Below are positions 1 to 8,959 of a stretch of DNA of 64,000 bases, piece by piece (the stretch's first letter is position 1; each line of letters begins with the position of its first letter). The notes below the pieces were generated by a model. It was not told where the DNA came from. It was given only the letters and a program-made list of their open reading frames with translations, and did no database searches. This DNA is from an uncultured delta proteobacterium (GTDB lineage Bacteria > Desulfobacterota > Desulfobacteria > Desulfobacterales > UBA2156), in assembly GCA_963736855.1 (NCBI GenBank), contig CAVTQK010000017.1:96001-160000 (forward strand), in the 5' to 3' direction. Made by a program: the position numbers and the translations under genes.

Positions 1-72
1 CTGCCAGAGTTGGGCCTCATAACCGATGTTGGCACCGTTGTTTTTGTAGGTAATTTTATTCTGTCGTGCCAT
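1..72 (-). CDS. hsdM: Type I restriction-modification M subunit, N-terminus only (runs off the left edge)
   Basis: Manual translation from ATG at 72: MARQNKITYKNNGANIGYEAQLWQ, matching the 'ANxG(Y/F)EAxLW' start of HsdM proteins. GAAAGGAAG RBS upstream. Only 24 codons visible. Confidence 0.75.
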   Translation of the reverse strand, partial: MARQNKITYKNNGANIGYEAQLWQ

Positions 73-403
73 TAGCTTCCTTTCACAGAAATAGGTGAGA
101 AAGCATCGTGAACGAAATCATTCAACAGTGCCCGCGTTTAGAAGTGATTTCAAGGCGACAGAGATGTCTAGCAGAAAACGAAACCTGGTGCTCATATTCT
201 GAACCGGTCAGATTCAATACCAATTTTCACATTGAAATTGCAAGGAAAAATGTCATAATAAAGGCATACAATACGGTTTTCATTTTGTTTCAAACTATTG
301 TGGGAAAAGCGACCCGTTGAGAAAATTGAGAGATATAGGAAAAAAGGGGCAGAGGGATGAGATTGTCTCAATCGGAGCAATGGTCATAGAAAAGGAGAAT
401 GAA

Positions 404-1334
404 ATGTCGAAAAATAAAAGCCAAGGATTAATTTGGGATAGATTAAAAACGTATTACAATGAAAAGGGCATTTCTGCTCGGGAATTTAAGTGCGATTGCT
501 ACAGAAGATTGTCTGAAAAAGTTGCCATGACAAAGAGGAATTCATTGAAGCCAGAGAACCTTATATTGGTAAAAATTATGAGAATGCATCAGTTCCACGG
601 CTTTTGTTTATGTCCCTGGACCCCGGTGACCCTGGTGATGCTGAGAAAGATGACTGGGAAAAAAGAACGATGGAGTTTTTAAGGGAAAACACATCATACA
701 TTAGAAAATATAGATAAGCGTAAAAATGGATCATTGGTATAGAACCCATCAGTTTGCATGGATAGTTTTCGATGAATTGAATAATCAACTCGGGTTAGGT
801 CTAAATATTGGACATCGGAACGGTTAATGAGAAAATGTTTTAATGGGGAGAAAAGCGTTTAAATCGGATGAAGATTTAAGGAAAATCAGGAGTTATTTCG
901 CCCATACCAACAGCGCAAAATGCTGCGAGAATAAGAACAGGTTCAAGCCGAAGCAAATGTAACGTTTTTTAAAAATTGCAGGAGATACATCGCTGAAGAA
1001 ATTCAAATATTTAACCCTCATATTCTTGTCACACAAGGAAATCAGGCTCGTAATGCCATAGAAAATGCATTCAAAGAACCAAAGGAAGAAAAAAATATCT
1101 CTGAAAATAGTCGGCCGGATCTAATGGAGAATGGAGTTCAATAAAGGCGCTCCTTCATTGTGGATTCACCATTACCATCCGCGTAGTGGAAAATATTTCA
1201 AAAACAACAAGGTTAAATTCGAGGTCTATGCAAAAGAAGCCGCTAAATTTATCAAAGAAAATTACCCGAGAACTTCTTGCTTCAAGGTAAAAAACGGTGC
1301 TGCTTCTTTGGATAAATCTTTAAACCACATGTAA
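404..1334 (+). pseudogene. Uracil-DNA glycosylase-like superfamily protein, split by several frameshifts
   Basis: Consecutive frames give PYIGKNYE..PRLLFMSLDPG, HWYRTH, FAHTNSAKC, FKNCRRYIAEEIQIFNPHILVTQG and HYHP, in UDG-like motif order. AAGGAG RBS before ATG 404. Confidence 0.65.
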
Positions 1335-1500
1335 AGCATTGCCAAAAGGGGGCATTCGAAGATTTTCGAAATTTATAGATGCCATCGGCGACAAGATTGT
1401 AGTGAAGACCGATTTGGTTGAATCGGACAATTTAATCATGGGCGTCTGATACAACCATTTGGGCACCTTCGTTCCGGTATGTTAAGCCGCTTAACAGTCA

Positions 1501-1845
1501 TCAGGACCTGGATTCCATTAATTTCTTTTGCTTGAGTCTCTTTTTACGCGCCCTTTCTTTCCTTTTAGCCTCTTTCATAACAGCCTCATACTCGTCACTA
1601 TATTCGGAATAGATGGCAACCCCAAAGTAGTCAATCACAGGCAACAATAGTTTCTCAAAATCATTAGCGCCATAGCTTGTAAAGAGGACATGCCTTTTAA
1701 AAGGGATAGCCCATATGAAATTTATACCATCTGTCAGGGTAACGTCACGCCTCCGATTTATTTTATCTACCCTGACGCCTTGGTGGTTGAACTTCATGAT
1801 TTTAGAAAAGGGGATGGGCTTTTCTGTAATGAAGTCAATGGACAT
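1501..1845 (-). CDS. Hypothetical protein with a basic C-terminal tail
   Basis: 114-aa ORF co-oriented 23 bp downstream of the DUF6508 gene; no family recognised. Confidence 0.6.
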   Translation of the reverse strand: MSIDFITEKPIPFSKIMKFNHQGVRVDKINRRRDVTLTDGINFIWAIPFKRHVLFTSYGANDFEKLLLPVIDYFGVAIYSEYSDEYEAVMKEAKRKERARKKRLKQKKLMESRS

Positions 1846-1868
1846 TCTAACCGAAAACTATCGTTTTT

Positions 1869-2312
1869 TCATTTAAGAAAATCATCGGAGGTGGCATCAA
1901 ACAGCGTTTTTAGGCGTTCAAGGATACTCTGGATTATGCCTTCATTAATAAAATCCTCCCAAACCCCATCGCCGAAACGCTCTCCCCTCACGCAATAAGT
2001 GAGCAACGATTTTAATTCAGCTAAAGAAGCATTTTGGATCAACTCTTTGTTTCTTACCATCTTTCCGGCTCCACTTGAAGTGTATTCATAATCACACCAG
2101 CACTCGTTTGAAGCCAGGTGAAAGAACTTCTCAACATTATGATCATATTCTGGAAAGGGCATATTGATAACACCATTTTTATCTTTCTCTCCACCATGCC
2201 AACGCATGACAGGGTCGAAACTTGGCGTCTTAAAAACCGGTAAAAAATTTAAAAGGGCTTGGATATCCTCATGAGTCGGCTGTTTTGAATTCTCCTTTTT
2301 TCTTGGTTTCAT
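1869..2312 (-). CDS. DUF6508 domain-containing protein
   Basis: LLTYCVRGERFGDGVW signature (RxERFxDG); start overlaps the upstream stop (ATGA). Confidence 0.7.
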   Translation of the reverse strand: MKPRKKENSKQPTHEDIQALLNFLPVFKTPSFDPVMRWHGGEKDKNGVINMPFPEYDHNVEKFFHLASNECWCDYEYTSSGAGKMVRNKELIQNASLAELKSLLTYCVRGERFGDGVWEDFINEGIIQSILERLKTLFDATSDDFLK

Positions 2313-2581
2313 CGCTTTTTTCGTTCACCGGTGAATGACCACCAGGGAAGGGGATCTCCACCTTCCATAAAATGGACCGCTGCCATAAACACGTCTATAA
2401 CACAAGGATCTTGCCTTTTTCCTGTCTTCGCACAGAGTTTTTCATAAAGTTTGAAAGGGTCTTTCCCAATCAGCTTTTTTGGATGGTCAATGCCGATTAA
2501 GCGGAGGTCATTTGCCATCGCTTTTCCGATATTCGGAAGTGCTTCAAGTTGAGATACAGTTTTTCTGTCCGGGTTTTTCAT
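2309..2581 (-). CDS. Cdd1 / mitomycin-resistance-like helix-hairpin-helix protein
   Basis: LEALPNIGKAMANDL HhH motif, DPCVIDVF and PWW motifs; start taken at MKNPD (ATG 2581). Confidence 0.8.
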   Translation of the reverse strand: MKNPDRKTVSQLEALPNIGKAMANDLRLIGIDHPKKLIGKDPFKLYEKLCAKTGKRQDPCVIDVFMAAVHFMEGGDPLPWWSFTGERKKR

Positions 2582-2589
2582 TCTTAATG

Positions 2590-2840
2590 GTCGATGGCAG
2601 ATTTTCAAACATTGATTCGATCCATACGGTGAGCTTGGCGCTTGGAACATTATCGCCTTCAGTCCATCCGTGGGATTTACACTCTACAAGAACCCCTTTT
2701 TCATTAATGCCGATTGGGACTTGAATTCCGGATTTTAATAGCAGGTCTTGTTTTGCGAAATAGTTTTATATCTTTCTTTAAAAATCACGTCCCATTTGAG
2801 AATTGCTTTTAGAACCTTTTCGCTGAAATGGTCTATCCAT
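2590..2840 (-). pseudogene. PD-(D/E)xK-like nuclease remnant
   Basis: MDRPFQRKGSKSNSQMGRDF*RKI*NYFAKQ..VPIGINEKGVLVECKSHGWTEGDNVPSAKLTVW: two in-frame TAA (2778-2780, 2766-2768), an ExK-type VECKSH motif and a truncated C-terminus. Confidence 0.55.
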
Positions 2841-3197
2841 TTATTCATTCCTGCAGGGAATGCTACGCATAAACACTTGTAAAATGAGCGCAGCGGAAAG
2901 GGTGCCGAGGTTTTTCAGCAAATCAATTGTGACTCGTCGTTTCTCGAGTCCGGCAACCGACTGTGCCATCTTCTATCTCTCAAATAAGAAATATCAGGTA
3001 AACTTGTTTTGGTATTTTATCATTATGATTCTTGTAACTCAATCTAAACAACTTTACCAGAGTACGACTCTGGACGCTTAAAAGGATCGATGCACCTATG
3101 AATACGATTGATTGCCCATGCCCAAGGAAAAGTATCGGAATGGAACTAATACGCCCTTAAAAATAAATCGTGAACCCATGGGTGAAAAAAGAATGTG

Positions 3198-3226
3198 TTG
3201 ACAATATATCATATCTGACATATTTT
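3198..3226 (+). promoter_or_regulatory. Sigma70 promoter of the TA operon with overlapping inverted-repeat operator
   Basis: TTGACA(3198)-N17-TATTTT(3221); AATATATCA..TGACATATT imperfect palindrome in the spacer. Confidence 0.7.
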
Positions 3227-3233
3227 GATTCGC

Positions 3234-3590
3234 ATGAGCGGAAAGGATAAGCCACTGGTTTGGATGCATGGTGAAATTTTAACACCGCCTTTTTCTGTAA
3301 CAGCTCGAATCGAAACAGGATTTTTATTGAGGCAAATTCAAAAAGGCATAAAGTTATCTTTGCCTCAATCGCGCCCAATGCCGTCAATTGAGTCACGATG
3401 CCATGAGCTGAGGATAAAGGATGAAAACGTAACGTGGCGAATAATTTATCGAATCTATACCGATGTGATTTTAGTTCTTGAAATATTTGAGAAAAAGACG
3501 AACAGGACTCCAAAATCGGTTATTTATGCCTGCAAACACAGAATAACAGATTATGAATATAATGTAAGAGAATGGGAAAAAGGGAAATGA
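3234..3590 (+). CDS. Type II toxin, RelE/ParE (HigB/Gp49-like) family
   Basis: SRPMPSI..CHELRI..WRIIYR..VLEIFEKKT motifs; toxin-first order with an ATGA overlap into the HTH gene. Confidence 0.88.
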   Translation: MSGKDKPLVWMHGEILTPPFSVTARIETGFLLRQIQKGIKLSLPQSRPMPSIESRCHELRIKDENVTWRIIYRIYTDVILVLEIFEKKTNRTPKSVIYACKHRITDYEYNVREWEKGK

Positions 3591-3895
3591 ATAAGAGAAA
3601 AAAGAAAACTTTGGAATCTAAGGGTTATAAGGTGGGCTCTGTGGCTGAGTTTCTGGGATTGAGCATGGAAGAAGTGGAATACATTGAGCTAAAGTTGGCA
3701 CTTAGCCAAGCCCTGGCAGTACGTCGTAAACAAAACCAATTGACACAATCTCAGGTGGCTAAGATGCTCAATTCCAGCCAGTCAAGGGTCGCCAAGATGG
3801 AAAAAGGAGATCCGACCGTGTCGGTGGACCTTTTGGTCAAATCACTTTTGGCCATGGGAGCTAAAAGAGAAAGTATAGCAAAGGCCATTGCTTAA
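3587..3895 (+). CDS. XRE-family HTH antitoxin (HigA-like)
   Basis: LTQSQVAKMLNSSQSRVAKMEKG helix-turn-helix; translationally coupled to the toxin. Confidence 0.88.
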   Translation: MNKRKKKTLESKGYKVGSVAEFLGLSMEEVEYIELKLALSQALAVRRKQNQLTQSQVAKMLNSSQSRVAKMEKGDPTVSVDLLVKSLLAMGAKRESIAKAIA

Positions 3896-4199
3896 TCAGA
3901 AATCATAAGACTTAAATGGTACCGGTTTTTCTTATCAGCACTCTCATTTTCCAACATTCTAAATTTTGTCGTCTTTAGAATTGTGCAACCACTGTTTTGA
4001 AACCGGGGCAGCCATAATCGGCCCCCCTGTTTTTTATTATCCGTGAATATTTTCAACCCATCGAATGGCCTCCACGTCACTCACTTTTCCCAGGTAGCAC
4101 TTTATTGACATGCCACCTTTTTCGGGATGAACACCACCTCGGGTTGCCGACCGCTTTTGGGATTTTGAATTATCCTTTTTACTGAGGAGGGTTTAACCC

Positions 4200-5254
4200 A
4201 TGCCATACAAACAAGGCAACACATGGAGAGCCCTCGTCAAGTTCAAAGGGCGTCGTTATACAAAATTGTTTCCCACCAAATAAAAGGCTAAGAAATGGGA
4301 GATCCGAATCAAGGAAACTCTCTCGAACGAATTGACCGACATGGATTATTTGATGCTCTGCAATAGCTATTTGGATCATGTGAAAGTCCGTTTTCTGAAA
4401 AAACATACAAGGAGAAAATTTCCGTCTGCATCCGTTTCGGCCAGTTTATTGAGAAAAACACCTCTGTGGATTAGATCACACCCAGAATGATCGATGATTT
4501 CTTGACTAAACAGGCGGTCGAAAGAATTCCACACGCTGCGAATAAAGATCGGAAAAATCTCCTTGCTCTATCGAATTGGGGGATGAAAATTTACGATCTG
4601 GATAAAAACCCTGTAATTAAAATTGATCCGTTTTCGCATGACCGGAAACCTCAATATACGCCTCCGGAAAACGACATTTAAAGGTCTTGGCGGCCACATC
4701 CGGAGCTGATCGGGTGTTTCTGCTCTGTTACTTGAAAACAGCGGCCAGGTGGTCTGAAATATTCAATTTGAAATGGGATGATGTGAATTTTAAAAAAAAG
4801 GAGATACGGCTATGGACCAGAAAGACTCGGTATGGATCCCTTGAAGGGGAATGGCTCCCAATGAACGACACTTTAAGCCGGGAGTTGCTCTGGTGGTGGA
4901 ATAACCGAAAGTTTAAAGAAAGCCCGTTTGTCTTTATCGATAATCAAACCGGTCCTCACTACGGAAAGCCCTTTTAAGGTACGTCGTCGGTTTCTTTCCG
5001 GTCTATGCGAACGGGCAGGCGTGAGATCTTTTGGCTTTCACGCTCTAAGGCGGTTTGTTGCTTCCATCCTGGCGGATCGCCATAAGGTTTCTTCAAAAAC
5101 AGTGCAGAGGTTCTTAAGGCATAAAAGTGTTCATACGACAGAGCTCTATATTCAAAATATCAACACGGATTTGCACTCCATAGCCGCTCTCCTTGAAGAA
5201 AGTACACCTGAAGGGACACCAAATAAAAAAGAGGTTAACCGGGATGTCGGCTAA
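4200..5254 (+). pseudogene. Tyrosine recombinase/integrase, inactivated
   Basis: GAGGAGG RBS and ATG 4200; catalytic motifs TAAR, RKT, HALRR, LRH and ELY present, but two in-frame stops (4281, 4472) and three frameshifts (~4392, ~4679, ~4973). Confidence 0.9.
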
Positions 5255-5260
5255 CCTCTT
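5229..5260 (-). terminator. Hairpin downstream of the tRNA pair (terminator / att-adjacent)
   Basis: AAGAGGTTAACCG..CGGCTAACCTCTT inverted repeat followed on the minus strand by a T-run. Confidence 0.6.
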
Positions 5261-5270
5261 GATATCATTG

Positions 5271-5348
5271 TGGCGTCCCCAAGGGGATTTGAACCCCTGT
5301 TGCCGGCGTGAAAGGCCGGTGTCCTGGACCGGGCTAGACGATGGGGAC
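5271..5348 (-). tRNA. tRNA-Glu(TTC)
   Basis: Cloverleaf with CCGGC-CTTTCAC-GCCGG anticodon arm, TTCAAAT T-loop and encoded CCA. Confidence 0.97.
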
Positions 5349-5353
5349 ATCTG

Positions 5354-5429
5354 TGGTGGGCCGTGTTGGAATCGAACCAACGACTCTCTGCTTAAAAGGC
5401 AGATACTCTACCGCCTGAGTTAACGGCCC
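5354..5429 (-). tRNA. tRNA-Lys(TTT)
   Basis: TCTGC-CTTTTAA-GCAGA anticodon arm, GGTTCGATTCC T-arm and encoded CCA. Confidence 0.97.
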
Positions 5430-5442
5430 TCAAAAGATAACA

Positions 5443-5471
5443 AATCTAAATCTCTATTTCTTTCTTGTCAA
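5443..5471 (-). promoter_or_regulatory. Sigma70 promoter for tRNA-Lys/tRNA-Glu
   Basis: TTGACA-N17-TAGATT on the minus strand just upstream of tRNA-Lys. Confidence 0.7.
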
Positions 5472-5491
5472 TCGAATATTACATTAGCATG

Positions 5492-5731
5492 TTATTTGCG
5501 CCAGAAAGCTGGGGCAAAAAAGATGATCAGGGTGTAAATCTCGAGCCTGCCTAAAAGCATGCACCAGCTTAAAAGCCATTTGCCCAGATCAGGGATATTT
5601 GAATAGTTGTCTATCGGTCCGACGAGTCCCAAACCGGGGCTGACATTTCCTAAAGTGGTGTCGGTGGCAAATCCGGTGGTGGTTACGATGGAGACAACCT
5701 GGAAAGAACCATCAGCCGGATGCATCGGCAA
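5492..5731 (-). pseudogene. trkH: TrkH potassium uptake protein remnant (C-terminal pieces fused by deletion)
   Basis: [14 protein letters not shown] joined directly to [22 protein letters not shown]; most of the protein is missing. Confidence 0.8.
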
Positions 5732-5955
5732 GGATATTTTTTAATGATTTTGTGTAGATGGATTGATCTTCAATATTATTGTAGATGATTATCACATTTT
5801 CATTTTCATGGGATAGGCGTTTGACAATGTTGAACCCAACCTCTCAGTCGCCGATGATCATAATTTTCAGCACATTCGTTCTTTAAAATTTAAGGGTGGC
5901 TGGAAAACGAAATCGTCTTATTTTGCCTCAACTTGCCTGTCCTCGTCAACAAACT

Positions 5956-6711
5956 TCAGGGCATCAGGCACAGCAGGCATAGAAAAAGGACAGCGGCAAG
6001 TCCGATCCAACCGGCTTTGTCAAGCGGCAACGGAACCAGAACCTGGTCCTGGGCATAACACCGGGCTTCCATTGCTTCGGAGAGGGCATGGGCATCGGCA
6101 AAAAGACCTTGTAATAGAGGAACCACAAGGTTTTTAATCCTATAGATCGGATTCTTCCGGTTTTCAACGGCCCTGGAGCGTTGTGCCTCGGTGGTTTCGC
6201 TGATCCGATCCAGGATAACAGGAATAAACCGGGTCATCAGCCCCATCATGTCGGCGATCTGCTTTCCGGGTACGAAGGGAAACGGCTTCAGAATGCGGTG
6301 CACGGCTTCCCGGGTCAGAGAGGGCCGCGTGGTGTTGGAATAGAGCAGGGATAAGAGAACGATGAGAGCCATGCGATAGCAGATGAGCGCGCCATCGGCG
6401 GCTCCTTCCCGAGTGAAGGTTAAAAAATAAAATGAAACCAGAGGGGTTCCCGGTGTAAAAAGGAATCGGGCAAGCCAAACAAAAACCAGAAAAAAAAACA
6501 GGTGCCTGAGTTGTAAACACAATTCCAATGAAAAGAGCCGAGAAACACCCAGGAGGCTTAAGGCAAAAAGGGTGAGGACGAAAAGACCTCCATGTTTGGC
6601 ATATAAAACCGTGAGGCCGAGGGCTAAGAATGAAATAAGTTTGCATCGGGTGTCCAGCCGATGCAGCAGGGTTTCACCGGGACGAAAGGTTAAAATACTT
6701 AATTGAGCCAT
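5956..6711 (-). CDS. ECF transporter transmembrane T component (BioN/EcfT)
   Basis: LHRLDTRCK start, hydrophobic segments, AQRSR and AMEAR coupling motifs; in an operon with bioY. Confidence 0.88.
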   Translation of the reverse strand: MAQLSILTFRPGETLLHRLDTRCKLISFLALGLTVLYAKHGGLFVLTLFALSLLGVSRLFSLELCLQLRHLFFFLVFVWLARFLFTPGTPLVSFYFLTFTREGAADGALICYRMALIVLLSLLYSNTTRPSLTREAVHRILKPFPFVPGKQIADMMGLMTRFIPVILDRISETTEAQRSRAVENRKNPIYRIKNLVVPLLQGLFADAHALSEAMEARCYAQDQVLVPLPLDKAGWIGLAAVLFLCLLCLMP

Positions 6712-7475
6712 GACTCGAAACATTTTCCCATACGGATTGCACATGGAATACGGACGCCGAATTGTTCGAGTTCAAGGGCGATCCGATCCGGTGGACCATC
6801 GGCAGCCACGGATCCGTTTTTCAAAACCACCAGCCGATCGGCGTGAGCAATGATCTTTTCCACATCGTGGGTTGTCACCACCACGGTGCATCCGGACCGG
6901 TGAAGATCTAAAATCTGGTGCAACACTTCCCGGATTCCGGAGTAGTCGAGGCTTGTAAAGGGTTCGTCCAGCGCCAGCACCTTGGGCTTCATGGCCAATA
7001 CTCCCGCAATGGCCAGGCGCCGTTTTTCTCCCCCCGAAAGGAGATGGGGCTGCCGATCGCTCCGATGCGAAAGTGAAACGCTTTTCAGTGCGGCCTCGAC
7101 ACGCTCCTTGACGGTATCGGGATCCAGCATAAGGTTTTTCGGGCCAAAAGCTATATCATCATAAACGGTCTCCCCGACAATCTGATGATCAGGGTTCTGA
7201 AATACCAGACCGACTTTTTGACGGGTCTTGAGAGGATTTTTACCCGCATCCTCCCCCTCGATGAAAATCATTCCGCTGGTAGGCCGAAGCAGGGTGTTGA
7301 AATGCTTTAAGAGAGTGGTCTTCCCGGATCCGTTTTCTCCGGCGATCACCACGAGGGTCCCCTCTTCGATCTTCAGATTCACGTCCTGAAGCCCTACGCT
7401 GCCGTCCGGGAACCGGTAAAAGAGGTTTCTGATTTCGATGATGGGGTTTGTTGATGCGTTTTGAACCGGCTTCAT
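6699..7475 (-). CDS. ECF transporter ATPase (BioM/EcfA)
   Basis: GENGSGKT Walker A, FQNPD Q-loop, LSGGE signature, LDEP Walker B. Confidence 0.92.
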   Translation of the reverse strand: MKPVQNASTNPIIEIRNLFYRFPDGSVGLQDVNLKIEEGTLVVIAGENGSGKTTLLKHFNTLLRPTSGMIFIEGEDAGKNPLKTRQKVGLVFQNPDHQIVGETVYDDIAFGPKNLMLDPDTVKERVEAALKSVSLSHRSDRQPHLLSGGEKRRLAIAGVLAMKPKVLALDEPFTSLDYSGIREVLHQILDLHRSGCTVVVTTHDVEKIIAHADRLVVLKNGSVAADGPPDRIALELEQFGVRIPCAIRMGKCFESWLN

Positions 7476-8041
7476 GGAAAGCTCAAAGGTGCTTTTTGGA
7501 AATTGGATCTCGGAGATAATCCCACAATTGGCCGGAGAAGCCGTGCTGCCGCTGCCGCGGCAACAATTTTAATGGCATCTCCAATTATGAAGGGGAAAAA
7601 TCCGACGGCTAGAGCCTTTTCCAGGCCCATGCGTGTCATGAAAGAAAGCCAAAAGACACCGAAAGCATATACGACGACGGAACCGCAGATCCCTGCAAAC
7701 ACATCGACGGTCGGGCGGGAATGAGCCATTTCGGAGATGCGCCCAATCAGGAAGACGGCGGGAAGATATCCGATCAGATAACCGCCGGTGGGACCCATGA
7801 GTCGTCCGATGCCTCCGGTGCCTCCCGCAAAAACCGGGAGTCCAAGGATTCCAGCAGCAAGATATACGCCGATGCTTGCCACACCCCATCGACTGCCGAG
7901 GAGGAGCCCGGTCAGCAGGACAAAAAAATTCTGCAGTACGATGGGAACCGGGCCGACAGGGATGGCGACAAAGGCGCCGGCCGCCGTTAAAGCGGCGCAG
8001 AGAGATGCAAAAACCATTTTTTTAAGCCTGTATTCAGGCAT
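7472..8041 (-). CDS. bioY: Biotin ECF S-component BioY
   Basis: PVPIVLQ, GLPVFAGG, GPTGGYLIG and PFIIGD BioY motifs. Confidence 0.95.
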   Translation of the reverse strand: MPEYRLKKMVFASLCAALTAAGAFVAIPVGPVPIVLQNFFVLLTGLLLGSRWGVASIGVYLAAGILGLPVFAGGTGGIGRLMGPTGGYLIGYLPAVFLIGRISEMAHSRPTVDVFAGICGSVVVYAFGVFWLSFMTRMGLEKALAVGFFPFIIGDAIKIVAAAAAARLLRPIVGLSPRSNFQKAPLSFP

Positions 8042-8954
8042 GAAAGCAATCTCCGTAAACGATCCGCCGGGATTTACCGTTTTTCTGCCGGATAATCAGT
8101 GCGCCGTCGGTATCGATATCCTCAGCAATTCCCTCGATGGTCTCCTTGAGGGTGACGATACGCACCGGTCGGTGAAGGGTGTCGGATAGATGCTTCCATC
8201 GAGGCAGGAATCCGGAGAAATCTTCTTTGTCCATGCGTTCTTCAAGGGCATCCAGAAATTTGGCAAGAAAATCGTGTCTCGAAACTTCCCTCCCCAATAT
8301 TTTTTTGACGGATATTGCCGGCGGTGACACGCCTGAGACGCTATTATTCATATTAATGCCGATGCCGATATTCACGTATAAGACCTTTTCGGCTTCGGCC
8401 GCCATCTCTGAGAGCATGCCCGCGATTTTTTTTCCTTGTACCAGGACATCGTTGGGCCACTTCAGGCGGGCGTCGATGCCGTACATTTTTGAAAGAAGAT
8501 AGGCGACCGTCCAGGAGGCGATAAAAATGACCTGATGGCAGGCATCCGGGGTCAGGAGGGGCCGGGTGACGACGGTAAGATAAAGACCACCCTCCTCCGA
8601 CTGCCACAGGCGGTCCAGGCGTCCCCGACCGCGGGTCTGGATATCGGCCGTCACTACGGTAAAAGAGGGGCATCCTTCCCGGGCCAATTTCCTGGCCAAC
8701 TCCATCGTGGAGCCGGTTTCAGGGAAATAATGCATTCGGTCTTTCCGCCCGGGAAACGCCCACGGAAACAGGGTATCCGGTTCGTAAAGCAGTTGATATC
8801 CGACGGGGGTGGAGACGATGTTATACCCCAACTCCCGGAGCTTGCCGATCTGCTTGAAAATCGCCACCCGAGATACTCCCAGACGGCTGCCTATACTTTC
8901 ACCGGAGACCGCTTCTGCAGAGCCTCTTAGAATGGAAAGAATCTGTGCTTTCAT
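8034..8954 (-). CDS. birA: Bifunctional biotin ligase / biotin operon repressor
   Basis: N-terminal HTH (VSGESIG..VSRVAIFK), QTRGRGR, KWPND and KIAG motifs. Confidence 0.95.
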   Translation of the reverse strand: MKAQILSILRGSAEAVSGESIGSRLGVSRVAIFKQIGKLRELGYNIVSTPVGYQLLYEPDTLFPWAFPGRKDRMHYFPETGSTMELARKLAREGCPSFTVVTADIQTRGRGRLDRLWQSEEGGLYLTVVTRPLLTPDACHQVIFIASWTVAYLLSKMYGIDARLKWPNDVLVQGKKIAGMLSEMAAEAEKVLYVNIGIGINMNNSVSGVSPPAISVKKILGREVSRHDFLAKFLDALEERMDKEDFSGFLPRWKHLSDTLHRPVRIVTLKETIEGIAEDIDTDGALIIRQKNGKSRRIVYGDCFHA

Positions 8955-8959
8955 TTTAA

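Larger units (their letters stand above)
1..5270. mobile_element. Right end of a decayed genomic island integrated at the tRNA-Glu 3' end
   Basis: Integrase pseudogene ends 16 bp from the tRNA-Glu CCA end; visibly AT-richer than the core; cargo of hsdM, a TA pair and pseudogenes. The second att site is not in the window. Confidence 0.75.

Noticed and set aside
108..380. Short ORFs 108..320 (+) and 192..380 (-)
   Set aside because: No motifs or clear RBS; the region is better explained as the divergent promoter gap between hsdM and the UDG-like gene.
2841..2969. 42-codon minus-strand ORF (MAQSVAGLEK...) upstream of the nuclease remnant
   Set aside because: No recognisable family or supporting signal; it could be a decayed fragment but cannot be supported.
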